Of a DNA stretch of 45,898 nucleotides, positions 10,668 to 19,101 are shown in pieces. Location of the stretch: positions 1-45,898 of the forward strand of contig CAXDSX010000001.1 in the NCBI GenBank assembly GCA_963992075.1, read 5' to 3'. Numbering within the stretch: the first letter of the stretch is position 1; the number at the start of each line of letters is the position of its first letter. This stretch comes from an uncultured Pseudomonadales bacterium. GTDB lineage: Bacteria > Pseudomonadota > Gammaproteobacteria > Pseudomonadales > Azotimanducaceae. The position numbers and the translations under genes are program-made. The notes beneath the pieces are model-generated. The model worked only from the letters and a program-made list of their open reading frames with translations, made no database searches and was not told the origin of the DNA.

Positions 10668-11440
10668 TACGTGACGACGTCCAACGCGCCGCCGTCGATG
10701 CGGATATTTTGTCCGTGTATCGCGTCCGCTTTTTCACTTGCGAGGAACGCGATGAGGTCGGCGACCTCGTCGCGCCGAACGATACGCCGGATAGGGATAT
10801 CAGCAGCAACGTGGGATTCGACCTCTGCCCAAGTATTTCCCCAACCCTTAGCGCCGCCTTGACGCATGTACGCGTCTTGCACCTCGGGCGTCAAAATCAT
10901 GCCGGGCGAAACTAGATTCACTCGGATATTAGTCCCAGCCACTTCTTTGGCGAGACTAACGGTCATGGTGGCAAGGGCTCCTTTGGCGGCGTAGTAGTGT
11001 GGATTGCGCGAACTAGGTCGAGTAGATCCGACCGTACCCAAATTGATAATTCGCGCTCTGTTCATGACCTTCATGTCGGGCAGAAATGCTTGGATGAGCC
11101 GTTCCGCTGAAAGAACATTTTTTTGGTAGAGGTCGACCCAGTCGGTTGAACTGAGGGTTTCCCATCGTCCCGATTCTGCCGTGCCGTAGTTGTTCACGAG
11201 AATTTCGGGCGTCGATTTGAGCTGCTCGATCAGCGTGTTAGTGCCGTCGTCGTGGCAGATATCTCCAAACACCGGATAACCTCCGCGGAGTTCAGCCACG
11301 GCGTCGTTCGCCTGGTTCTCAGTGAATCCGTGCACGGCGACGTCGCCACCTTCCTCGATAAACCGTTTTGCGATCAACATGCCGGTGCCTCGATGGCTCC
11401 CGGTTACAAGTACGCGCCGACCTGAAAGCTGCAAATCCAT
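10667..11440 (-). CDS. SDR family oxidoreductase (classical, FabG-like)
   Basis: VLVTGSHRGTG, NNYG, YYAAK (YxxxK), and the C-terminal IRIDGG typical of classical SDRs. Start taken at ATG 11440 (MDLQLSGRRVLVTG); GTG 11476 is an alternative. Confidence 0.85.
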   Translation of the reverse strand: MDLQLSGRRVLVTGSHRGTGMLIAKRFIEEGGDVAVHGFTENQANDAVAELRGGYPVFGDICHDDGTNTLIEQLKSTPEILVNNYGTAESGRWETLSSTDWVDLYQKNVLSAERLIQAFLPDMKVMNRARIINLGTVGSTRPSSRNPHYYAAKGALATMTVSLAKEVAGTNIRVNLVSPGMILTPEVQDAYMRQGGAKGWGNTWAEVESHVAADIPIRRIVRRDEVADLIAFLASEKADAIHGQNIRIDGGALDVVT

Positions 11441-11483
11441 GGAAACCCCAACATGCCGGTGTCTGTCAGAATACACTGTTGCT

Positions 11484-12257
11484 GTGGAAATATGGCCGGT
11501 CTCGGTTTTTCTCGCGGCGGTATTCCTTGGCAGTTATGTCCAGGGAATCACCGGGTTCGCGTTGGGCGTTGTCGTGATGGCGATCGTAGCAGCGGCGCGA
11601 GTTTATGACGTAACCGTCATGGCGGCAGTCATTAGTTTTCTCGCGTTCGTCAATGTCGGTATCGCCCTTTACGGCCGTATCAAAGACGTTGATTGGGGCC
11701 TATGGCTCAGTCTCTCGGTAGGACAAATCATGCTGATCGGCGTGGGCGTCTGGTTATTGGATCTGCTTTCCAGCAACGCCGTAAACGTTCTGTATTTGAT
11801 TCTGGGTGCTTTTATCGTTGGTGGTAGCGCGTCGATGGTCTTACGGCCAAAAACACGCTCGAAGAGATCACCTGTATGGACGTCGGTAGCGGCGGGGGCA
11901 GGTGGAGGACTTATTGGCGGTATGTTCGCTGCGTCGGGACCCGTGATCGGTTGGTTTGCGTACCGCCAACCCCTTCCGGTGGCGACCGTGCGAGCGACGC
12001 TGCTGGCTGGCTACCTTGTCACGACAAGTACGCGTTCGCTGCTGGTGGGGTTCGGTGGAGGTCTATCGGAGATCGTGTGGCAATTAACCGCGCTGGGGTT
12101 GCCCGTGGTTGCGCTGGGAACATGGCTAGCTCGTCGTCACACAGCGTCGATAGAAGAAGGGAACGTCCGTCGCACCGCGTTTGCGACGCTCATGCTGTTA
12201 GGGATCGGAATCATCGCATCAGCCGTTTTCACTTTGACTCAAACCTGGAGAGTCTAA
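11484..12257 (+). CDS. TauE/SafE-family (sulfite exporter-like) membrane permease
   Basis: About 257 aa with roughly 8 predicted TM helices and Gly-rich repeats (GSYVQGITGFALG ... GAGGGLIGGMFAASG) typical of TauE/SafE. The start is uncertain (GTG 11484 chosen). The track ORF start at 11322 runs antisense through the SDR gene. Confidence 0.65.
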   Translation: MEIWPVSVFLAAVFLGSYVQGITGFALGVVVMAIVAAARVYDVTVMAAVISFLAFVNVGIALYGRIKDVDWGLWLSLSVGQIMLIGVGVWLLDLLSSNAVNVLYLILGAFIVGGSASMVLRPKTRSKRSPVWTSVAAGAGGGLIGGMFAASGPVIGWFAYRQPLPVATVRATLLAGYLVTTSTRSLLVGFGGGLSEIVWQLTALGLPVVALGTWLARRHTASIEEGNVRRTAFATLMLLGIGIIASAVFTLTQTWRV

Positions 12258-13216
12258 ATGGACTGACGCCGTGCTTTGTCCGCCTTGGCCATCAGCCCGA
12301 ATAGATCTCCTGCTTTTTCTGTGGAACCGAATTCTCGATACAAGGTGGCAACGTTGATCACAATTCGTTCAGCGTCACCCCAATTGTCATAATCGGTGAG
12401 GGATATATCCATCGCCGCCTCGTACACGGGCAGACCGGCTCGATAGCGTTTGTTGGCTTCGTCGCGGATATACACAAGGTAGTCCCTAACGGCTTTCACA
12501 CCGCGTTTATCGGTAATGGGCCCATGTCCGGGTACCACGGTCTCAACGTCGATTCCGAGCATGTAATCGCATGCATCGATCCAATTGGCGACAGGACCGA
12601 CCCAGAGGATTGGGTGCCCTTCGATAAAGAGAATATCGCCGGTGAAAATGAGCTTGTCGTCAGGGACATACGCCAGAATGTCGCCCTTGGTGTGGCAAGG
12701 GCCAACCTGTTTTAACTGGACTTGCTTATCCCCCACGAAGACATTTAGCGTCCCTTCAAAGGTTCGTGTCGGTAGTGTCGGCGTGATGCCTTCGAAGTCG
12801 AATGCGCCGAAACAATGCTGTAGGAATTCGCCGACTTCACCCAAGTCGGGTGCGCTACGCATCATAGTTGCGAGTCGATCGGGCGATTCCTCAGCGAGCT
12901 CGGCTGCGGTGGCCACGGAGGAAATGATTTCCGCGCCATGAACGAGTTCGTTGCCGTTGCAGTGATCGCCGTTTGCATGTGTGTTGACGAGCGTGTTGAA
13001 CGATTGCGTCGCGTTGGGTTCCGCCCGCGACATGGCGTTCAGCATCTCCTGGGTGAGTTTGAGGTCGAAGAGGGTATCGACAAGGAGCGACTCTTCACCA
13101 TCGACAATCAGGCCAGCGTTACTCCAGCCCCAACCGCCGTCCGGCTGAATCCATGCGTATCCGCCGGATCCAAGGTCATGTAATCCGTGAGTGAATGGCC
13201 TGATGGACAAGTTCAT
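12254..13216 (-). CDS. MBL-fold metallo-hydrolase (variant HxNxDH motif)
   Basis: Beta-lactamase-fold motifs: NTHANGDH, GPCHTKGD, FTGD, VVPGHGP. Strong SD (AGGAGG) 5 nt upstream of ATG 13216. Confidence 0.8.
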   Translation of the reverse strand: MNLSIRPFTHGLHDLGSGGYAWIQPDGGWGWSNAGLIVDGEESLLVDTLFDLKLTQEMLNAMSRAEPNATQSFNTLVNTHANGDHCNGNELVHGAEIISSVATAAELAEESPDRLATMMRSAPDLGEVGEFLQHCFGAFDFEGITPTLPTRTFEGTLNVFVGDKQVQLKQVGPCHTKGDILAYVPDDKLIFTGDILFIEGHPILWVGPVANWIDACDYMLGIDVETVVPGHGPITDKRGVKAVRDYLVYIRDEANKRYRAGLPVYEAAMDISLTDYDNWGDAERIVINVATLYREFGSTEKAGDLFGLMAKADKARRQSI

Positions 13217-13297
13217 GTGGACCTCCTATGCGTTCTCCGGAGCCGACACGTGCCCCAATGTGGGTTCGTATCGCACGGCGTAATCCGCTAGTTTAGC

Positions 13298-14440
13298 GTG
13301 GTCGTGGACAATTTCGATGACATCCGTCCGTATCAAGATTCTGAAGTCGTTGGCGTGGTGGAGCGCTTGATTCGGGATCCCGATTTGGTAAACAGTGCCG
13401 CGGCTTTTCTGGTGCCGCGCTGGCACCGCTTTCAACCGGGTTCGGCTCGGGTATTTGCCCGTCAGATACTCCGTCGACGCACGCGGGAATTAACCAGCAT
13501 TAACGACGTGCAGGTGATGCTGTCGACGTACTTCGAACACATGATTCGTCGGACCACGGACGGTTTCTCGTGCTCCGGTGTTGAGCGTTTGGATCGCGAC
13601 TTGCCCTATTTGTTTGTGGCCAACCATCGAGACATTGCGATGGATTCTGGGTTCATGAATTACGCCCTCTGGTCGAACGGCCTAGCAACCTCTCAGATTG
13701 CCGTCGGAGACAATCTCTTTAGCCATGGATTTGAATCGGACCTGATGCGTCTCAACAAAAGTTTTGTAGTTGTTCGGAACGAGAAGGGCTTAAAAGCCCA
13801 ATACGCGGCCGTTACCCGTACGTCGACGTATATCCGGTCGACCCTAGACGCGGGCGATTCGGTGTGGATAGCCCAACGCGAAGGACGTTCGAAAGATGGG
13901 TTTGATCGGACCGAACCGGCCATTCTCAAGATGTTTATGCTTGCCTATCGGAACGACGCTGACGAAAGCGTGTCGAGTTGGTTGAGGCAAGTGCAACTGG
14001 TACCCGTCGCCATCTCGTACGAGGTGGATCCGTGCGCAGGGATGAAAGCTCGAGAACTCTATTTGACGGAACGTGATGGAAAATATGAGAAGCGCGCGAA
14101 TGAGGATCTAGAGAGTATCGTCGCTGGCATCGTGGGGTTTAAAGGCCGTGTCCACTTAAATTTTGCGGAACCCATTTGCCAGGATTTCGAGAGCGTTGAA
14201 GCATTGGCCGCAGAGATCGATGAGCGAATTGCCGGTGGTATTGAGTCTTATCCCACCTACCATGAAGCGGAAGGTCGGCTAACCGGTCGAGCGAGTCCTG
14301 TCGGACTGGATGGTGAAGTGTCCCGCGCCTTTGAAGATGCATTGAATGCGTTGCCGGACCGCCAACGACCTTTCTACTTGTTGCAGTACGCCAACCAAAT
14401 TCGCAACAGACGCGAGCTATTGGCGGTTGACGATTCGTAA
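13298..14440 (+). CDS. PlsC-like lysophospholipid/glycerol-phosphate acyltransferase family protein
   Basis: HX4D acyltransferase motif (FVANHRDIAMD) and a second block (IAQREGRSKDG). GTG start without an obvious SD, so the start is uncertain. Confidence 0.7.
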   Translation: MVVDNFDDIRPYQDSEVVGVVERLIRDPDLVNSAAAFLVPRWHRFQPGSARVFARQILRRRTRELTSINDVQVMLSTYFEHMIRRTTDGFSCSGVERLDRDLPYLFVANHRDIAMDSGFMNYALWSNGLATSQIAVGDNLFSHGFESDLMRLNKSFVVVRNEKGLKAQYAAVTRTSTYIRSTLDAGDSVWIAQREGRSKDGFDRTEPAILKMFMLAYRNDADESVSSWLRQVQLVPVAISYEVDPCAGMKARELYLTERDGKYEKRANEDLESIVAGIVGFKGRVHLNFAEPICQDFESVEALAAEIDERIAGGIESYPTYHEAEGRLTGRASPVGLDGEVSRAFEDALNALPDRQRPFYLLQYANQIRNRRELLAVDDS

Positions 14441-14442
14441 AA

Positions 14443-15513
14443 TCAAACCGAAAGAGGGGGTTCGTCCAACACCGCGAGTTGCTCACGGAGGCTCAGGACA
14501 TGGTCAGACCAATATTTGATCTCGTTGAACCACGGAAATGCAAGGGGGAAGGCGGGGTCGTTCCAGCGTTTTCCGATCCACGCTGCGTGGTGAATCATTC
14601 GGAGGGTTCGGAGCGGCTCAATCAGGTCGATGGTCCGAGTGTCGAACGAACAAAACATGGAGTACGCATCAAGCAGGTCAGAGAGTGTGGACTCCTGTTC
14701 CTCGCGGTTTCCTGACAGCAGCATCCACAAATCCTGAATCGGCGGTCCTGTCTGCGTGTCGTCGAAATCGACGAAATTAGGCGCTTCGTAACGCCACAAT
14801 AAATTGCCAAGATGGCAGTCCCCGTGAATACGGATACCGGTGGATCGGTTTTGAAAGACCGTATCGATGCGATCCATTAAATGCGTGGTGGTGGACTCGT
14901 AAGCGTCGATGAGCTCTGCTGGAATGAAATCGGAAGAGAGCAAAAACGTGCGACTTTCGTGGCCGAGACGCTCGGTCGACAGCGAAGGACGGTGCGTGAA
15001 CTGTCTGGCCGCGCCGGCGGAGTGAATTCTACCCACGGCGCGACCCATGACCGAAAGCACGTCTCGATCTTCGATATTCGGAGGACGCCCAGCGCGCCTC
15101 GGAAAAAGAGCGAATCTAAATTCGGCGTCGGCAAGATGAAAGAGTGTTTGCCCATCAAAGGGTAGAGGCGCGACACAAGGGATTTCGTTGTCCAAAAGCT
15201 CCTGCGTGAAGTCGTGTTCTTCTCGAATACACTCGTCTGACCAACGATCGGGCCGATAAAATTTTGCAATGATGGGTTCGTCTTCTTCGATGCCCACCTG
15301 ATATACCCGATTTTCGTAACTATTGAGTGCGGTAAGCGTCCCGTTGGTCCGATAGCCGAGAGTCTCGATGGCATCGAGAATGATCTCGGGGGTCAAATGC
15401 TGGTAAGGGGTATCCGTCAACCAAACTCGCGGCTCCCGCCCGTGGTCTAGGGTCGACGGAAGTGTAGCCAAGCGATCTCGATTCGTCACTTGCGTACGCG
15501 ATCTGATTGCCAA
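14443..15513 (-). CDS. srkA: Stress-response serine/threonine kinase SrkA (YihE)
   Basis: Near-colinear with E. coli YihE as recalled: LNSYENRVYQV, KFYRPDRWS, HGDCHLGNLLW, VDFDD, QDLWMLL, PAFPLAFPWF. The TTG 15513 start is uncertain, because the conserved region begins about 35 codons later. Confidence 0.85.
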   Translation of the reverse strand: MAIRSRTQVTNRDRLATLPSTLDHGREPRVWLTDTPYQHLTPEIILDAIETLGYRTNGTLTALNSYENRVYQVGIEEDEPIIAKFYRPDRWSDECIREEHDFTQELLDNEIPCVAPLPFDGQTLFHLADAEFRFALFPRRAGRPPNIEDRDVLSVMGRAVGRIHSAGAARQFTHRPSLSTERLGHESRTFLLSSDFIPAELIDAYESTTTHLMDRIDTVFQNRSTGIRIHGDCHLGNLLWRYEAPNFVDFDDTQTGPPIQDLWMLLSGNREEQESTLSDLLDAYSMFCSFDTRTIDLIEPLRTLRMIHHAAWIGKRWNDPAFPLAFPWFNEIKYWSDHVLSLREQLAVLDEPPLSV

Positions 15514-15587
15514 GGCGATCTCACGTTAGCGCCAAAAGCGTGACCCAAGTTGGTTATTATTCGCGCTGAAAACCGATGGGGCCGGGT

Positions 15588-17333
15588 ATGGATTATCAGA
15601 CGCCGCTGCGCGACATGCGTTTCCTCATCAATGATGTCCTCGACTTTGAAGGTCACTTTGCATCGATAAAAAGTGACGCGTCCGTGGAACTAGTCGATAC
15701 CATCCTTGAGCAATGCGGACGATTTGCGGAAAACGAATTATTCCCCTTGCGTGCTTCGGGGGATGAGGCCGGGTGTTCTTGGGAAGACGGTGTGGTCACG
15801 ACGCCGGCCGGGTTTGCCGAGGCCTATGCCACCTACGTCGAGGGTGGTTGGTCTTCCATTGCGGGGAATCCAGCGTTCGGTGGTCAAGGATTGCCACGGT
15901 CCATCAGTCTTTGGATTGAAGAGATCATGGCCAGTGCGAACATGGCGTGGACGATGTATGGGAGTTTGTCGCGAGCTGCGATCAATGCCATCGATTCGCA
16001 CGGTTCTGACGACCTGAAGTCCACGTTTTTACCGAGTCTTATTTCGGGAGCCTGGACTGGAACGATGTGTTTGACTGAGCCGCACTGTGGGTCTGACGTC
16101 GGGTTGCTGAACACGCGCGCTGAACCCCACGCGGACGGTTCCTACCGTATTAGTGGAACCAAAATATTTATTTCCTCAGGTGAACACGATCTTGCCGACA
16201 ACATCATCCACCTGGTCCTCGCTCGGCTTCCCGACTCCCCCGCAGGTACCAAGGGAATTTCGTTATTTGTGGTGCCGAAAAAATTGGAGGGCGAACCAAA
16301 CCGTGTTGTTTGTGGTGCGATCGAGGACAAGATGGGCATCCATGGAAATGCCACCTGCATGCTGCACTTTGAAGAGAGTCGCGGCTACCTGGTAGGAGAT
16401 GCCAACGAGGGTATGCGGTGCATGTTTACGATGATGAATGAGGCGCGCATTCTGGTGGGGACCCAAGGGGTATGTCTGATGGAGTTGGGTTATCAGGCGT
16501 CTCTTCAATACGCGACCGAACGTTTGCAGATGCGTTCTTCCTCAGGACCGAAATCCCCTGAAAAACCCGCCGATCCGATCCTCGTCCATCCCGACGTGAG
16601 ACGCATGTTGCTGACGCAAAAAGCGTTCTTGGAAGGTGGTCGGGTGATGACGTATTTCGCGGCCCAACTTGCCGATATCGAGGATCGCGGTGACGAAGAG
16701 GATCGGGTAAGCGCCGGGCGCCTTCTCGATCTAATCACGCCGATCGTGAAGGGATTCGTGACAGAAACCGGCTTTGAAGCGGTAAATCATGCATTGCAAA
16801 TCTACGGCGGGCACGGGTTTATACGCGAGACAGGTATCGAACAACTGGTCCGAGACGCCCGTATCACTTTAATTTACGAAGGTACTACCCAAATCCAAGC
16901 GCTCGATCTTCTCGGTCGAAAAGTCGTGATGAATCAAGGCAAAGCGTTGATGAGTTTTATTGAGATGATTCGGGCCGAAGCCGATTTGCAGTCGGATGGT
17001 CCGTTTGCTGCCAAGTTAAGGGAACATGCTGACGAGTGGGGTGAGCTTGCGTTGGGCGTTGGTGGCAAGGCCGCGGGAGATGCCGATGAGATTGGCGCTG
17101 CGTCCGTTGATTTCTTGATGTACAGCGGGTACGTCACGCTGGCCTACTTTTGGGCACGCATTGCGCGTATTGCGAGTAGCCACGAAGACGACGCTTTTAT
17201 GCGCGGTAAAGTGAAGACGGCCCGTTTCTTTTTTGATCGTCTGCTCCCGAGGGCGAACGGCCACCATCGGGCCGCACTATCGGGTGCGGACTCGTTGATG
17301 GCCGTATCGGAAAACGAATTCGGTCACCACTGA
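15588..17333 (+). CDS. Long (about 580 aa) acyl-CoA dehydrogenase, paralog 1
   Basis: ACAD motifs CLTEPHCGSDVG, GTKIFISSGEHD, YEGTTQIQALDLLGRK, plus the C-terminal extension typical of the roughly 600-aa proteobacterial ACAD class. ATG 15588 (MDYQTPL). Confidence 0.9.
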   Translation: MDYQTPLRDMRFLINDVLDFEGHFASIKSDASVELVDTILEQCGRFAENELFPLRASGDEAGCSWEDGVVTTPAGFAEAYATYVEGGWSSIAGNPAFGGQGLPRSISLWIEEIMASANMAWTMYGSLSRAAINAIDSHGSDDLKSTFLPSLISGAWTGTMCLTEPHCGSDVGLLNTRAEPHADGSYRISGTKIFISSGEHDLADNIIHLVLARLPDSPAGTKGISLFVVPKKLEGEPNRVVCGAIEDKMGIHGNATCMLHFEESRGYLVGDANEGMRCMFTMMNEARILVGTQGVCLMELGYQASLQYATERLQMRSSSGPKSPEKPADPILVHPDVRRMLLTQKAFLEGGRVMTYFAAQLADIEDRGDEEDRVSAGRLLDLITPIVKGFVTETGFEAVNHALQIYGGHGFIRETGIEQLVRDARITLIYEGTTQIQALDLLGRKVVMNQGKALMSFIEMIRAEADLQSDGPFAAKLREHADEWGELALGVGGKAAGDADEIGAASVDFLMYSGYVTLAYFWARIARIASSHEDDAFMRGKVKTARFFFDRLLPRANGHHRAALSGADSLMAVSENEFGHH

Positions 17334-19069
17334 TGTTGTCATACGCGCCGCCTACAAAGGACATCGAATTTGTCCTCTATGACCTCTTTGACGCGGAGGC
17401 CGAGTGGGCACAGATCCCGATGTTCGATTCCTTTGACCGAGATGTCGTTGCGGCCATTTTGACGGAATGCGGGAAGCTCACACGCGATGTCATGGCGCCG
17501 CTATCGCAATCCTCGGACGAGGAGGGCGCACACTGGAACGACGGCGTTGTGACGGCCCCTGAAGGCTTCAAGGAAGCGTACGATGCACTAGCGACGGGCG
17601 GATGGTTAGGCGTGTCGGGGAATCCGGCGTTTGGCGGACAGGGCCTGCCGAAGATGCTGACTGCTTCGCTTGAAGAGATGTTCTGGGGAGCCAATACCAA
17701 CCTTTGGCTATATGCGACGTTAACGTTGGGGGCAGCTATTTGTGTGGACGTCCATGCCGACGAGGCGACGCGCCGCCTCTACCTGCCAAAATTCTATAGC
17801 GGTTCGTGGACCGGAGCGATGGCTCTCACCGAAGCGCAAGCTGGGACGGATCTTGGGCTCATTCGAACACGTGCGATTCCGCATGCCGACGGCAGCTATC
17901 GCGTCACCGGAACCAAGATTTTCATCACCAGCGGTGAGCATGACTTGGCCGAGAATATTGTCCATCTCGTGCTCGCAAAATTGCCCGATGCGCCAGGCGG
18001 TAGTCGCGGTATATCGCTTTTCCTGGTTCCAAAGTATCTACCTCGGGACGATGGATCGCTCGGACAGCGCAACGGACTTGAAAGTGCGTCAATTGAACAC
18101 AAGATGGGCGTTAAAGGGAGTGCAACGTCTGTGATTAATTACACGGACGCAACTGGGTACCTGATTGGAGAACCCAACCAGGGCCTTGCGTGCATGTTTA
18201 CCATGATGAATTACGAGCGCTTGTCGGTTGGTATTCAAGGGCTCGGACTCGCCGAGCGAGCGTATCAGGCGGCTTCGTCCTACGCCAAGGAACGTGTTCA
18301 AGGCCGGATACCGGACGGCTCGACCGCTGAGCCCGCGGCCGCCGATGCCATCGTTGGGCACCCAGACGTGCGCCGAATGTTGTTGACGCAACGCGCATAC
18401 AACGAAGCTGGCCGAGCGTTTTCTACGTATGTGGGGTTGCAGCTAGACCGAGCGAAATATGCTTCAGTTGGAATAGTTCAGGCAAAGGCCGCTAGATTTG
18501 TCGACCTGCTGACCCCTGTTGCTAAGGCGTTTATGACGGATCGAGGTTTGGAGTGCACGCTGCTCGGGCAACAGGTATTTGGAGGTCATGGGTATATTCG
18601 TGAATGGGGTGTTGAGCAACTCGTTCGAGACGTTCGTATCGCTCAAATCTATGAGGGGGCTAATGGAATCCAAGCGCTAGATTTAGTCGGACGTAAAGTT
18701 CTAAAAGATGGCGGGGCGACGGTGATCGAATTGATCGACGATATTCGCCAAACGGAAGTGCCGGAACGCTACGCTGCTTCTTTGGACGAGGCATTAAGCG
18801 CTTGGCAAGAAGTCACGCGATGGTTGTGCGATAACGCGCCTGCGGACAGTAATCTTCCGGGGGCGGCCTCAGTCGATTATCTCGACATGACGGGTCATGT
18901 CCTTTATGCGTGGTTATGGGCCCGCATGGCGGGCGTCTCCGATAATTCGGATAAACGTTACGTCGCAGATTATTACTTCGCCAAACTGCTGCCTCGGTAC
19001 TATGCCCTCGACGCTTCGATTCGCAGTGGTTCGACGAGCCTCATGGAACCGGTGTCTGACTGGTTCTGA
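17333..19069 (+). CDS. Long (about 578 aa) acyl-CoA dehydrogenase, paralog 2
   Basis: Colinear with paralog 1 (ALTEAQAGTDLG, GTKIFITSGEHD, YEGANGIQALDLVGRK). TGATG overlap with the upstream gene. Confidence 0.9.
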   Translation: MLSYAPPTKDIEFVLYDLFDAEAEWAQIPMFDSFDRDVVAAILTECGKLTRDVMAPLSQSSDEEGAHWNDGVVTAPEGFKEAYDALATGGWLGVSGNPAFGGQGLPKMLTASLEEMFWGANTNLWLYATLTLGAAICVDVHADEATRRLYLPKFYSGSWTGAMALTEAQAGTDLGLIRTRAIPHADGSYRVTGTKIFITSGEHDLAENIVHLVLAKLPDAPGGSRGISLFLVPKYLPRDDGSLGQRNGLESASIEHKMGVKGSATSVINYTDATGYLIGEPNQGLACMFTMMNYERLSVGIQGLGLAERAYQAASSYAKERVQGRIPDGSTAEPAAADAIVGHPDVRRMLLTQRAYNEAGRAFSTYVGLQLDRAKYASVGIVQAKAARFVDLLTPVAKAFMTDRGLECTLLGQQVFGGHGYIREWGVEQLVRDVRIAQIYEGANGIQALDLVGRKVLKDGGATVIELIDDIRQTEVPERYAASLDEALSAWQEVTRWLCDNAPADSNLPGAASVDYLDMTGHVLYAWLWARMAGVSDNSDKRYVADYYFAKLLPRYYALDASIRSGSTSLMEPVSDWF

Positions 19070-19101
19070 ATCATCCTATGGATGGGGGCCTCCACTGGTG
19101 C

